In this document: piece after piece, positions 1-13,124 of the stretch
Position numbering within the stretch: the first letter of the stretch is position 1
How the letters are laid out: each line of letters starts with the position of its first letter
Origin: Eledone cirrhosa
Taxonomy: Eukaryota
DNA length: 64,000 nt
NCBI GenBank assembly: GCA_964016885.1
Contig: OZ024746.1
Coordinates: forward strand, 28,148,001-28,212,000
Reading direction: 5' to 3'
Translations under genes and position numbers: made by a program
The notes under the pieces: model-generated
Databases searched by the model: none
Seen by the model: only the letters and a program-made list of their open reading frames with translations
What the model was told of the DNA's origin: nothing

Positions 1-429
1 GTAACAAAAATGTCAATAACAAGAAAAAGTTCTCTTTATATACAAATGGAACTACAATTCATTTATTATAATTTGTACACATGATATTACATCTACAACC
101 AATGGTTTCATGAGCTAACTTACCCTGTGGAACTACAAACAATGGTTGTTAGTGCTATCTTCAGGTATATATACAATGTGAAGGATGTGTATATTATATG
201 TTTGAGCATGTGATGTATATGAGAAAAATTATCTTTTATGTGTGTATGTATAGGTAGTTAATATAACTGAATTCAGTTATCCATTCGCTGTCAAAATGGC
301 AAGAGCTCTTCCCAAGTATTGAGTACAAGCCGAACAATGGTGTTACTAGTCTAAACTAGTAACTCCAAATATATGTATATATATATACACATATATATAT
401 ATATATATATATATATCCATAAATACCAT

Positions 430-730
430 ACTCCCAGTACATGTTGTAAAGTGGATGATGTTAAGAAGAGCATCCAGCTGTAGAAACCTTTCTCCCAATA
501 CTGGTTGTAAAGTGGTTCACCTTAGGACTGGGTATCCAGCCATAGAAACCATGCTCCCAATACATAGTGTAAAGTGGAGGGTGTTACAAGGGGCATCCTG
601 CCATAGAAACCAAGTCAAAACGATGGACAAATGCAGGACCTTGTCTCATGACAAGTCTGGTCTCAGCTCGCGACTGCCATCTAACCTATGCAAGCATGGA
701 AGATGGATGTTAAACGGTCGTGATGATGAT
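430..730 (+). mobile_element. Degenerate SINE 3' part with about three tandem copies of its GTAAAGTGG...GGCATCCAGC..TAGAAACC block and an ATG-repeat tail
   Basis: The block recurs at about 447, 506 and 569. The segment ends GCAAGCATGGAAGATGGATGTTAAACG...GATGATGAT, the same tail type as the other SINEs here. Confidence 0.65.
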
Positions 731-1039
731 AATATAAATATATATAAATATATGTGCATGTGTGTGTGAACAGCTGCATGTGCGTCAATGTGTGTGTATT
801 AGCCTTTGTTTAAATATTTACGTGTCAGCATATATTTGCATAAGTAAACACTTCTGTATGTTTATGTACACACACATACATGTATGTGTCTTTATGTACA
901 TATACACATACATGTACTAAAGAGATTTGTACACGTTAACACTAATACCAAGATTACGTGTACATGTAGACTTACAACTAGATATATTGGAAAGGATAGG
1001 AACTACCAAACTCTCTCTCACCCTAATTTAACCTTGACC

Positions 1040-3215
1040 CTCTCTCTATCTTAATCTTGCATCTCTCTCTCTCACTACCTTAATCTTGCATCTCTCTCTT
1101 TCTCACATACATACACTCTCCCTATCTTAATCTTGCCTTTCTCTCTCACACACACATTCCCTATCTTAACCCTGCCTCTCTCTCTCACTCTCTCACACAC
1201 ACTCTCCCTATCTTAATCTTGCCTTTCTCTCTCACACACTCTCCCTATCTTAACCCTGCCTCTCTCTCTCACTCTCACACACACTCTCCCTATCTTAACC
1301 CTGCCTCTCTCTCTCACTCTCTCACACACACTCTCCCTATCTTAACCCTGCCTCTCTCTCTCACTCTCTCACACACACATTCCCTATCTTAACCCTGCCT
1401 CTCTCTCTCACACACACTCTCCCTATCTTAACCCTGCCTCTCTTTCTCACTCTCTCATACACACTCTCCCTATCTTAACCCTGCCTCTCTTTCTCACTCT
1501 CTCATACACACATTCCCTATCTTAACCCTGCCTCTCTCTCTCACTCTCACACACACTCTCCCTATCTTAACCCTGCCTCTCTCTCTCACTCTCTCACACA
1601 CACTCTCCCTATCTTAACCCTGCCTCTCTCTCTCACTCTCTCACACACACATTCCCTATCTTAACCCTGCCTCTCTCTCTCACACACACTCTCCCTATCT
1701 TAACCCTGCCTCTCTTTCTCACTCTCTCATACACACTCTCCCTATCTTAACCCTGCCTCTCTCTCTCACTCTCACACACACTCTCCCTATCTTAACCCTG
1801 CCTCTCTCTCTCACTCTCTCACACACACTCTCCCTATCTTAACCCTGCCTCTCTCTCTCACTCTCACACACACTCTCCCTATCTTAACCCTGCCTCTCTC
1901 TCTCACTCTCTCACACACACTCTCCCTATCTTAACCCTGCCTCTCTCTCTCACTCTCACACACACTCTCCCTATCTTAATCCTGCCTCTCTCTCTCACTC
2001 TCTCACACACACTCTCCCTATCTTAACTCTGCCTCCCTCTCTCTCTCTCACACACTCCCTATCTTAACCCTGCCTCTCTCTCTCACACACACTCTCCCTA
2101 TCTTAACCCTGCCTCACTCTCTCACACACACTCTCCCTATCTTAACCCTCTCTCCCTCTCTCTCTCTCACACACTCTCCCTATCTTAACCCTCTCTCTCT
2201 CTCTCTCACACACTCTCCCTATCTTAACCCTCTCTCTCTCTCTCTCTCTCACACACTCTCCCTATCTTAACCCTGCCTCTCTCTCTCTCTCTCTCTCACA
2301 CACTCTCCCTATCTTAACCCTGCCTCTCTCTCTCTCTCTCTCACACTCTCCCTATCTTAATCCTGCCTCTCTCTCTCACTCTCTCACACACACTCTCCCT
2401 ATCTTAACTCTGCCTCCCTCTCTCTCTCTCACACACTCCCTATCTTAACCCTGCCTCTCTCTCTCACACACACTCTCCCTATCTTAACCCTGCCTCTCTC
2501 TCTCACTCTCACACACACTCTCCCTATCTTAACCCTGCCTCTCTCTCTCACACACACTCTCCCTATCTTAACCCTGCCTCTCTCTCTCACACACACTCTC
2601 CCTATCTTAACCCTGCCTCTCTTTCTCACTCTCTCATACACACTCTCCCTATCTTAACCCTGCCTCTCTCTCTCACACACACTCTCCCTATCTTAACCCT
2701 GCCTCTCTCTCTCACACACACTCTCCCTATCTTAACCCTGCCTCTCTTTCTCACTCTCTCATACACACTCTCCCTATCTTAACCCTGCCTCTCTTTCTCA
2801 CTCTCTCACACACACATTCCCTATCTTAACCCTGCCTCTCTCTCTCACTCTCACACACACTCTCCCTATCTTAACCCTGCCTCTCTCTCTCACTCTCTCA
2901 CACACACTCTCCCTATCTTAACCCTGCCTCTCTCTCTCACTCTCTCACACACACATTCCCTATCTTAACCCTGCCTCTCTCTCTCACACACACTCTCCCT
3001 ATCTTAACCCTGCCTCTCTTTCTCACTCTCTCATACACACTCTCCCTATCTTAATCCTGCCTCTCTCTCTCACACACACATTCCCTATCTTAACCCTGCC
3101 TCACTCTCTCACACACACTCTCCCTATCTTAACCCTCTCTCTCTCTCTCTCACACACTCTCCCTATCTTAACCCTCTCTCTCTCTCTCTCACACACTCTC
3201 CCTATCTTAACCCTG

Positions 3216-3253
<38 letters not shown>

Positions 3254-3595
3254 TCTCCCTATCTTAATCCTGCCTCTCTCTCTCACTCTCTCACACACAC
3301 TCTCCCTATCTTAACCCTGCCTCTCTTTCTCACTCTCTCACACACACTCTCCCTATCTTAACTCTGCCTCCCTCTCTCTCTCTCACACACTCCCTATCTT
3401 AACCCTGCCTCTCTCTCTCACACACACACTCTCCCTATCTTAACCCTGCCTCTCTCTCTCACTCTCTCACACACACTCTCCCTATCTTAACCCTGCCTCT
3501 CTCTCTCTCACCCTCACACACACTCTCCCTATCTTAATCTTCCCTCTCTCTCTCTCTCTCTCTCACTCTCTCCCACACACTATCCCTATCTTAAT
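1040..3595. repeat. Minisatellite, unit about 34-44 bp (CTCTCCCTATCTTAACCCTGCCTCTCTCTCTCAC...CACACA)
   Basis: Dozens of tandem copies of the core CCCTATCTTAACCCTGCC separated by variable (CT)n/(CA)n. Confidence 0.97.
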
Positions 3596-3980
3596 ATTGC
3601 TCCTCTCTCTCTTTCTCCCTCTCAGCTACAACTCCCCCTTCTCCCTCACACATCTAGTCTGTTGTTCTTTCCACCAAAGGAACCATTTTTTACTCAAAAG
3701 ACCTACATTTATATTTTCCATTTCAATCCTGTCAAAGAACAACACTAGAACACTTCTTATTTCCTATTTCTTCCTTACAGCATTAAACTAATACAATATA
3801 TTCTGTACATCAATTTTTTTCTCAATTTTTTTCTTTGTTTTTTTTTTTTTGTCGTTTCTAAGAATTTTTCAGTAAAGCCTGCTGCTAGTATTACTAACCC
3901 CTACACTTACAAAACCATCGAACCATCCAACCAACCAACCAGCCAACAAATTAGAACAATGTCTGTAAAGTACATTCTAC

Positions 3981-4005
3981 CTTCAGCTATCATCTCAATG
4001 TTCAT
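3981..4005 (-). CDS. Candidate alternative first coding exon (MNIEMIAE + G, phase 1)
   Basis: Minus strand reads ATGAACATTGAGATGATAGCTGAAG|GTAGAA in unique sequence. It exits in phase 1, matching one reading of the 12627-12581 exon. Confidence 0.35.
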
Positions 4006-4353
4006 TCTGTTGTTGCTGTTGTGATTTTATGTGTAGGTTTTCCTTTTGTTTTTGTTTTTTTTGTTCTCCGGAAACGATAAACAAAGACACTTGTGAAAAA
4101 GCAATTCAAATAAAACTAAACATATTAGGAGAGAGGGGGGGGGGGTGAGAGAGGGAGTGAGAGAGGGAGTGAGAGAGGGAGGATAAGAGAGAGATGAAAG
4201 AGAAAGATAGATAAGAGTGTGGACACAATAAGAGGAGGTTATCAAGTATAACTGACTTAGTCTGTTGTGTGTCTTAGATCTTATTATCCACATCCTATTG
4301 TCTTTGTGTTTCAGGTAGCACTGCCAGCCATTTCAGCTAGTATTATCAGGTTT

Positions 4354-4406
<53 letters not shown>

Positions 4407-4743
4407 CTAGAGAGAGAGACATGGAGAGAGCTACACATACCACACACATACACATATGTGTGTGTGTGTGTATATACATGAATATAAATTGATGCAGAAA
4501 AGTAAACACATAAACAACACATCAAACCAATACTGTACAATGAGAAATATAAGAAGAAATAGAAAGACATAAGTCTTAGAGGAAGAAACACAAAAAAGAT
4601 ATTTTGAAGAGAAACCATGTATTCAGCCATTTTGGGACACACACACACATAGTATATATATATAGTAGAACACTAGTGGGTTATATCCACAGTAATAGAG
4701 CACTCAATCCATGGGACGTGTTTGGTAGAAGTAGTCCCACACC

Positions 4744-4816
4744 AGTTAGTAAACCATTTCCAAGCTGATGATCCATTAAGGTCAAACAAATTGTCCTCGA
4801 AAATGGTTTACTAACT
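4744..4816 (+). ncRNA. Degenerate type I hammerhead-like motif with a long stem I
   Basis: AGTTAGTAAACCATTTCCAAG-CTGATGA-TCCATTAAGGT-CAAAC-AAATT-GTC-CTCGAAAATGGTTTACTAACT. The flanks are complementary, but GAAAC appears as CAAAC. Confidence 0.4.
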
Positions 4817-4855
4817 GTTGTAGAATATATATGTATCATCATGTATGTATATATG

Positions 4856-5010
4856 GACACACTAGAAGAGGAAGACCAAGGTTAATGTATGTTGATGCCC
4901 TAAGGACAGACACTGGTCTGTTGGAGACGCAGGACATGGCAGCGATAATGAGGGACAGAGACCGCTGGAGAGAACTCGTCCATGGATCTCGGGAATTTTA
5001 CCCGCCTTAG
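4856..5010 (+). mobile_element. 3' end fragment of an RTE-type LINE ORF
   Basis: Translates GHTRRGRPRLMYVDALRTDTGLLETQDMAAIMRDRDRWRELVHGSR, the RRGRP...D...DR..WR C-terminal pattern of RTE-group ORFs. Confidence 0.7.
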
Positions 5011-5027
5011 AATGTATGTATATATAT

Positions 5028-5282
5028 CCGGGTGATGTGTTGTTTCCTTGAGCAAGACACTTTATTTCACATTGCTCCAGTTTACTCAGCTGTAGAAATG
5101 AGATATAGGGACTGGGGTCCCTATTATTCCACTGGAAAGTGGTCGTGGGGGTGCCACGCCAAAAAAAGCACCCAGCACTCACTGTAAATGAGGCTGGTGT
5201 TAGGAAGGGCATCCAGCTGTAGAAATCAAGCCAGAATCAGTTCCCGTCCCACCCTTGCAAGCAGGGAAAAAGCAGACGTAAA

Positions 5283-5313
<31 letters not shown>
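5028..5313 (+). mobile_element. CORE-type SINE, 5'-truncated, with RTE-like tail and (ATG)n
   Basis: CCTTGAGCAAGACACTTTATTTCACATTGCTCCAGTTTACTCAGCTGTAGAAATG resembles the MIR/CORE domain. Near-identical copies lie at 29.1, 30.3, 34.7, 44.9 and 46.4 kb. Confidence 0.9.
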
Positions 5314-5314
<1 letters not shown>

Positions 5315-5394
5315 ATATGGAGAGAGAGAGATTTATTATAAAAAGTCTGGACCTGATGGCTGAGCTCATGATCACTACAGTTACAAGATATACA

Positions 5395-6160
5395 ATATAC
5401 TATATAAGTATAGTATAGCTATATATTTATAGTATAGCTATACTATACTATATAGTTATACTATACAGTATAACTATACTATAGCCTATAGCTATACTAT
5501 CATTATATAACTATACTACAGTTTAACAGCTGTACTATACGATACTATAGAGGCAACAGAGAAGCGTTCCAGCTAGATCATGTCAATAAGATCTCCATAT
5601 GGTTTAAATACACAAGTCTCCATCCAATATCTGAATGGCTAAATGTCAGCAGAAGGACACTCAAGAGTCATAACGTGGATGTAGCCCAGCCCCCTTAGTG
5701 TGTAAGAAGTTAAGGGCTGAACACATGCTTGGGGTGGGTTTCTTCTCTGAAGACTGCTCTCCTGAGAATTGCTTACCACTATAGCTATTCTATACCTATA
5801 TAACTATACTATAACTATATAGCTATACTATAACTATATAGCTATACTATACTATATAGTTATACTATAACTATATAGCTATACTATAACTATATAGCTA
5901 TACTACAACTATATAGCTATACTATACTATATAGTTATACTATACTATACTCTATAGCTATACTATAACTATATATAGCTATACTATAACTATAGCTATA
6001 CTATAACTATATAGCTATACTATATAACTACACTGTAACTATATAACTATACTGTCATTATATAGCTTTACTATCCTATATAAGTATACAATAATTATAT
6101 ATATAATATTCTTATATAAGCTATGCTATACTGCTTATACAACTATACTATACTGTATAA
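5395..6160. repeat. Degenerate TATAGC/TATAAC/TATAC low-complexity tandem repeat, interrupted by unique sequence at about 5550-5780
   Basis: Recurrent CTATACTATAACTATATAG motifs. Confidence 0.8.
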
Positions 6161-6699
6161 AGTGCACTTCTAAGTTTGCTGTGTGATAACTATTGCTAGA
6201 AGCCAAAAGGTAATCAGGCACTCAGACATTATATGTGTGTGTTATATCTATTGATATCACCTTATGCATGTGTATATAGATGGTATATTATATCACCATG
6301 TGTGTGTATGTGTATGCCTGTGGTATATATATATATATATATATCACCATATATATATATATATATATATATCACCATGTTTGTGTGTATATACACATAT
6401 ATGTATATATATATATATTATAACTGTGGTTCTTTGATATTTCCATAACTGTTTGATGCTGTCATTAATATCACTTAACTCGATCTTTCACACAGCTAGA
6501 ATCATTTTTAACAATTCTCTATATAGCAAATATCCCACCCCCCTCTCCCCACACCTCTCTATCATTCTTTATTATTATTACTAGTACTACATTCTCTTTT
6601 ACCATTCCAAACCGGCCATTATATTAATCATCACGACAGCAAAATACTAACCTAATTTTTCTGGTAATCACATCCATTCTCCCACCATGACCACTACTG

Positions 6700-8150
6700 C
6701 TACCACTATCAATACCACTTCTACTAATACCACCACCACTTCTACTAATACCACCACCACTTCTACTAATACCACCACCACTTCTACTAATACCACCACC
6801 ACTTCTACTAGTATCACAACCACTTCTACTAATACCACAACCACTTCTACTAATACCACCACCACTTCTACTAATACCACCACCACTTCTACTAATACCA
6901 CCACCACTTCTACTAATACCACCACCACTTCTACTAATACCACCACCACTTCTACTAATCCCACCACCAGTTCTACTAATACCACCACCAGTTCTACTAA
7001 TACCACCACTACTTCTACTAGTATCACAACCACTTCTACTAATATCACCACCACTTCTACTAATACCACCACCACTTCTACTAATACCACCACCACTTCT
7101 ACTAATACCACCACCACTTCTACTAATACCACCACCACTTCTACTAGTACCACCACCACTTCTACTAGTACCACCACCACTTCTACTAGTACCACCACCA
7201 CTTCTACTAATACTACCACCACTTCTACTAATACCACCACCACTTCTACTAATACCACCACCACTTCTACTAATACCACCACCAGTTCTACTAATACCAC
7301 CACCAGTTCTACTAATACCACCACCACTTCTACTAATACCACCACCACTTCTACTAATACCACCACCACTTCTACTAATCTCACCACCAGCTCTACTAAT
7401 ACCACCACTACTTCTACTAGTATCACAACCACTTCTACTAATATCACCACCACTTCTACTAATACCACCACCACTTCTACTAATACCACCACCACTTCTA
7501 CTAATACCACCACCACTTCTACTAATACCACCACCACTTCTACTAATACTACCACCACTTCTACTAATACCACCACCACTTCTACTAATACCACCACCAC
7601 TTCTACTAATACCACCACCACTTCTACTAATACCACCACCACTTCTACTAATACCACCACCACTTCTACTAGTATCACCACCACTTCTACTAGTATCACC
7701 ACCACTTCTACTAATACCACCACCACTTCTACTAATACCACCACCACTTCTACTAATACCACCACCACTTCTACTAGTATCACCACCACTTCTACTAGTA
7801 TCACCACCACTTCTACTAGTATCACCACCACTTCTACTAATATCACCACCACTAATACCACCACCACTTCTACTAATACCACCACCACTTCTACTAATAC
7901 CACCACCACTTCTACTAATACCACCACCACTTCTACTAATACCACCACCACTTCTAATACCACCACCACTTCTACTAATACCACCACCACTTCTACTAGT
8001 ATCACCACCAGTTCTACTAATACCACCACCACTTCTACTAATACCACCACCACTTCTACTAGTATCACCACCACTTCTACTAGTATCACCACCACTTCTA
8101 CTAATACCACCACCACTTCTACTAGTATCACCACCACTTCTACTAGTAAG
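6700..8150. repeat. 21-bp minisatellite (ACCACCACCACTTCTACTAAT)n
   Basis: Roughly 65-70 tandem units with AAT/AGT and ACC/ATC variants. It generates the spurious TTTTSTN and VVVLVE ORFs. Confidence 0.97.
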
Positions 8151-8442
8151 ATCACCATCACTACTACTACCACCACCACCACCACTGCAACTACTACTAC
8201 CTCCACCACCATTACTACAACACTGCTACAATTATTACTATCACAACAACTACTACTACTACCACCACCACCATTCCTACTACTGCCATCACCACTACTA
8301 ACACTACTACCACCACCACCAAAAATACTACCATCGCTACTACTACCACCACCAAAAATACCACCATCGCTACTACTACCACCACCATTACTATTACCAT
8401 CATCACAGCTACTAGTACTACACAGAGGCAAATCAGTTAAAG

Positions 8443-8489
<47 letters not shown>

Positions 8490-8559
8490 AAATTTATACA
8501 AATATATATACCTACACATAGCAGTTAAATTAACATATGTGTAAGTTATTTTGTGTATT

Positions 8560-9085
8560 TGTGTGTTTGTGTAATTCTGTGTGTGTGTGTATGTTTATGA
8601 ATATGTAATTCTGTGAGTGTGTTTGAGACTGTAATTCTGTCTGTGTGTGTGTGTGTATGTTTATGAATATGTAATTCTGTGAGTGTGTTTGAGACTGTAA
8701 TTCTGTCTGTGTGTGTATGTTTATGAATATGTAATTCTGTGAGTGTGTTTGAGACTGTAATTCTGTCTGTGTGTGTGTGTGTATGTTTATGAATATGTAA
8801 TTCTGTGAGTGTGTTTGAGACTGTAATTCTGTCTGTGTGTGTATGTTTATGAATATGTAATTCTGTGAGTGTGTTTGAGACTGTAATTCTGTCTGTGTGT
8901 GTGTGTGTATGTTTATGAATATGTAATTCTGTGAGTGTGTTTGAGACTGTAATTCTGTGTGTGTGTGTATGTTTATGAATATGTAATTCTGTGAGTGTGT
9001 TTGAGACTGTAATTATGTGTGTGTGTGTGTGTGTGTATGTTTATGAATATGTAATTCTGTGAGTGTGTTTGAGACTGTAATTCTG
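8560..9085. repeat. Minisatellite, unit about 56-64 bp (GTATGTTTATGAATATGTAATTCTGTGAGTGTGTTTGAGACTGTAATTCTGTC(TG)n)
   Basis: About 8 tandem units that differ only in (TG)n length. Confidence 0.95.
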
Positions 9086-9183
9086 TGTGTGCTGCATGTG
9101 TATGTGTGTTTGTGTCTATGTAATTCTGTGTGTATGCAACTGTGTGTAATTCCGTGTGTGTATGTGTTGTTGTGACTGTGTTG

Positions 9184-10224
9184 CAGCGCTGCCGATGACT
9201 GTACGTACAAAACTGTACGTTTTGCTCAACATTTTGATGTGCTGTACGTTCGGACGAATTTGCTGTACGTTTTAGTGATCTTGCCATAAAATTCATGTTT
9301 TGACGCATTTTCTCTGTTCTCCACTTTATTAAAACAAAGAATCGAAATTGTTTGAAAACTTCCACTCTTAACGCTCTTGTTAGGTCGACATATTTGTTAC
9401 GACATGCCGACTGCACGACGTGGGAGCCCGATGAACATCTTTGCAAAGCATTATTTGTGGATTGGCAGTATCGGTAGAGGGTCGGACGCCATGCTTTCCA
9501 GCATAGTTACGTCCATTTACGATCTGAGTTCAAATCCCACCGAGGTTGACTTTATTTTATCGATCCCGTAAGGATGAAAGGCAAAGTACCAGTAATGCAC
9601 TGGGTATTTGCTGGCCTTGTGCCTAAAGTAGAAACAATTATTTGCGGGGAATTGGCAGTATCAGTAGAGGGTTGGACGCCATGCTTTCTAGCATAGTTAC
9701 GTCCCTTTACAGTCTGAGTTCAAATCCCGCCGAGGTTAACTTTGCCTTTCATCCTTACGGGGTCGATAAAATAAAGTACCAGTAATGTACTGGTTAATTG
9801 CTGGCCTTGTGCCTAAAGTAGAAACAATTATTTGTGGATTGGCAGTATCGGTAGAGGGTCGGACACCATGCTTTCCAGCATAGTTACGTCCCTTTACGAT
9901 CTGAGTTCAAATCCCGCCGAGGTTGACTTTGCCTTTCATCCTTACGGGGTCGATAAAATAAAGTACCAGTAATGCACTGGGTAATTGCTGGCCTTGTGCC
10001 TAAAGTAGAAACAATTATTTGAAAAAAAATTGGTACAACAGAGAATCTGCTCAGGAAGATGACGTTTCTTTTTGATGCCCTTATGTTTACATTGTCAATA
10101 AATGTTGTTAATTTCAAAAATATGTATAAAAAGAGTGTTTTTGATTGTAATTGAGGGATTTAGTAAAATTCTGTACGTTTTGGTCAGATTCTGTACGTTT
10201 TGAAAAAAACTTTCAGCAGCGCTG
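9184..10224. mobile_element. Non-autonomous DNA transposon (hAT-like) carrying three nested SINEs
   Basis: Terminal inverted repeats CAGCGCTGC...GCAGCGCTG; flanking 8-mers CTGTGTTG and ATGTGTTG (7/8, likely TSD); subterminal CTGTACG repeats at both ends. Confidence 0.7.
9459..10020 (+). mobile_element. Three head-to-tail copies of a tRNA-derived Meta-domain-type SINE (about 185 bp each)
   Basis: TGGCAGTATCGGTAGAG (A-box-like) ... GAGTTCAAATCCC (B-box) ... GACTTTGCCTTTCATCCTTACGGGGTCGATAAAATAAAGTACCAG ... GGCCTTGTGCCTAAAGTAGAAACAATTATT, repeated three times. Confidence 0.92.
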
Positions 10225-10229
10225 ATGTG

Positions 10230-10515
10230 TTGTTGTGTATGTGACTGTGTATGTGTTGTTGTGACTGAGTGTTTGTGTTATGACTGTAATTCTGTGTGTG
10301 TATGTGACTGTGTATGTGTTGTTGTGACTGTGTATGTGTTGTTGTGACTGAGTGTTTGTGTTATGACTGCAATTCTGTGTGTGTGTGTGACTGTGTATGT
10401 GTTGTTGTGACTGAGTGTTTGTGTTATGACTGCAATTCTGTGTGTGTATGTGACTGTGTATGTGTTGTTGTGACTGAGTGTTTGTGTTATGACTGCAATT
10501 CTGTGTGTGTATGTT
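10230..10515. repeat. GT-rich minisatellite, unit about 63 bp, 4 copies
   Basis: GTGACTGTGTATGTGTTGTTGTGACTGAGTGTTTGTGTTATGACTGCAATTCTGTGTGTGT repeated. Confidence 0.9.
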
Positions 10516-12580
10516 TGTCTATGAATGGTCTTTCAAAGTATCCTTTGTTAGTCAGTAAGTGGTCAATTATGAAGTCACCACTGAACCTTCAGAAGAACTC
10601 AATGGAATGTTATCATCATCATATTAACAGGGCTTTCCTGGTTGGATGCTGTTCCTAACACCAACTACTTTACAGAGTAGACAGGGTGCATTCTTCATGC
10701 CACCCGCTCTGGTGAGGGTTCTTACTAGACTCAAGAGTCCTCTTCACCCTGTAACAGTTCTTATTCAGTGACAGCTCTCCTAAATGGGTTGCTATAATTA
10801 TGGCCTATGGAGCTCATGTCCAGTCCATACCCCCTGTCTGTCTAGTGTAAATGTATTTCAGGGACCAGTCCCACTAAGTGGCCCCTTCTATCATAATTCA
10901 TGGCTGACCATTGGAAATAACGTATTACATAACAGAACTATCCTACTATCCGATCAATTGTAATATTAATTTTTGTGATACCAACCCAACCAAAACCTGC
11001 TCTACTTCTATGTAAACAAAACCACACATTTTAATGGGCTCCCATTTAAATTAAAAGCTTCCAGCATGATTTTATATAAGTACCATATGTTAAGCTACTA
11101 TATTTTGTTTCAAATACAATATTAATACTATCTTAATAATGTAATAATTAACAATAATTTTACTAATTTCATTAGTTAATTGAAATAGAGTATATTTCAT
11201 TAGACATATGGCCATGAAAAGGTTAATATTAACAAAGTAAGCTTTCCTGAAGCTATGTCCTTGGCATTGTTTTCACTCCTGGTTGTAGCTATTTCGCTTC
11301 ATTTACATCACTAATGTTCTTGGGAAAGACATTTAAACAACAACAAACACACATTTTAACCTTTCACTTTCCATTTCCTGAAATGTCAGTAAGATATAAA
11401 GGCCAACTACTACCACCACACTTCACTCCACCTTTGTCTAATTCATTCTATTTATCAGACTAGCAGAGATATATAGATAATATTGATTTATCTAGCAATT
11501 GATTGATTGATTCGGAAATTGCTAGCATCAAATAATATTCCCCTCCTTTGGTGTGTTTTAATGGGAATGTCTAGACAGCTGGTAGATGGATTTCATGTAG
11601 AAGACAGAAGTTATTGCCACATGTTTACTTTTCATTACTTTCTAAATACTCATCAACATCATTTTATGTCCACTTTCCATGCTGGAATTGATCAGATGGG
11701 TGGTTACAATCAAAGTCAGTTACTGCCTCCTAGGAGGGTTGGGGAAATATATCATGCTTGTCTGTTCCAAATTTTGGCACAATTTCTATAACTGGATGCT
11801 GTTCACTTTCAACCACTTTCAGAGTGTATTGGGTGCATTTTATCATGGCACCATCACTAGCGGGGACATCGTGTCATTGATGTGACTGTTAAGGTCTCTC
11901 TATCCTCAGGCAAGATTTTTATAGCTGGATGATCTTCATAATACCAACCATTTAACAGAGTTTACAGGCTACATTTTATCATGACCCCATAACTAAAGAG
12001 TTTTTCCCATCCTTGATGTTACTGCTTAACCAGGCTGAGAAAACCAGTGTCCTTGATTCCTTGTTTTCAGGGTCTCCAAGACTGGTATGGGAGGAATTAG
12101 AAGCTGTTATCCTCACATAGGAGAACTGTTCTGAATTCTTGCAACACTGAACTCTGCTAAAGATAGCCAAGGACCACATATCAGTGCTCAACTGAGCAAT
12201 AGATTAATTCCAGTACTAGGGTCGATCCTTTCTCCATATCTCTTTCTCACCTCCATTCTCTTACTCTCTATTCTTCTCTGGGAAAAATCTGCTGTATTCA
12301 GATCTGGAGATGAGATGGGCTCTGCCAGATTTTAAAAAATGTGCTATAAACATGTTGTATTATACGGTCCTTCTACAACTCCCCCAGGAGTTATGGCAGG
12401 GTGGTGGTGGTGGAGGTTTGGGGAGCATGCATTTATTAGTCCTGATAATAGCAATCTACTGCCGTGTACTAAGTGTTAACACAGGTGTCCTCCATTTTTT
12501 TACATTACTACTTCAACTATATAGTTATAACAGTTATAATAGATATTTATATGTTTAACACATCATTATCATTATATTAC

Positions 12581-12627
12581 CTGACACTGATTGCAAATCA
12601 GCTGAACTCTGCCTGATGCTGACACAC
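12581..12627 (-). CDS. Internal micro-exon (47 nt) of the minus-strand gene
   Basis: ttatttctacag|GTGTGTCAGC...CAGTGTCAG|gtaata. Open as (R)CVSIRQSSADLQSVS(G) or as (R)VSASGRVQLICNQCQ. Both readings are compatible with a donor of the 28.5-kb exon. Confidence 0.6.
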
Positions 12628-13124
12628 CTGTAGAAATAACTTTTGACATTTCAATTAAGCTTTTTATCTTCATTCAAATTTTGTAGGTTTCCACCATTAA
12701 TTCTTCTGCTTTTGTTTATAAATATATATAATCACAGACATATATATACACATGCATACACATATATACACACTCATGTATTTACGCATACATATATAAA
12801 TACACACATACACACAACATGTAAATACACACGAGGGGGGGGGGGAGCACATACTTATAAATACAATTACACACACACAATACACACACTCACATATAAA
12901 GGTAACTCATTATCTGTCTGTGTGTCCATCCTACTTTTTAATTAACTATGGTAAAAAACATACATAGAAATCAACTTAAAACTGCCCAAACACTGACAAG
13001 GAGAGACAAGAGATAAGGAATGTGTAAGAAAAGTGTCAGCCAGAACAACATATGTCAGAAAGAAGATAAAATATCAAATAGACAGTAACACAAGTTGTGG
13101 TATCATTTATATATGGATATTGGG

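Noticed and set aside
1040-3595. TAACCCT within the minisatellite as a telomeric array
   Set aside because: Only one telomere-like hexamer per unit of about 40 bp, and no (TTAGGG)n run.
5550-5780. Unique island within the TATAGC repeat as an exon or LINE piece
   Set aside because: The minus-strand frames I translated contain stops, and the resemblance to a Tx1-like ORF is too faint to call.
6687-8528. 613-aa Thr-rich mucin-like ORF (+) and 604-aa Val-rich ORF (-)
   Set aside because: Both come from a 21-bp trinucleotide-based minisatellite that lacks stops in these frames. There is no signal peptide or domain, and the ORF runs into (CA)n. A mucin exon cannot be fully excluded without RNA-seq.
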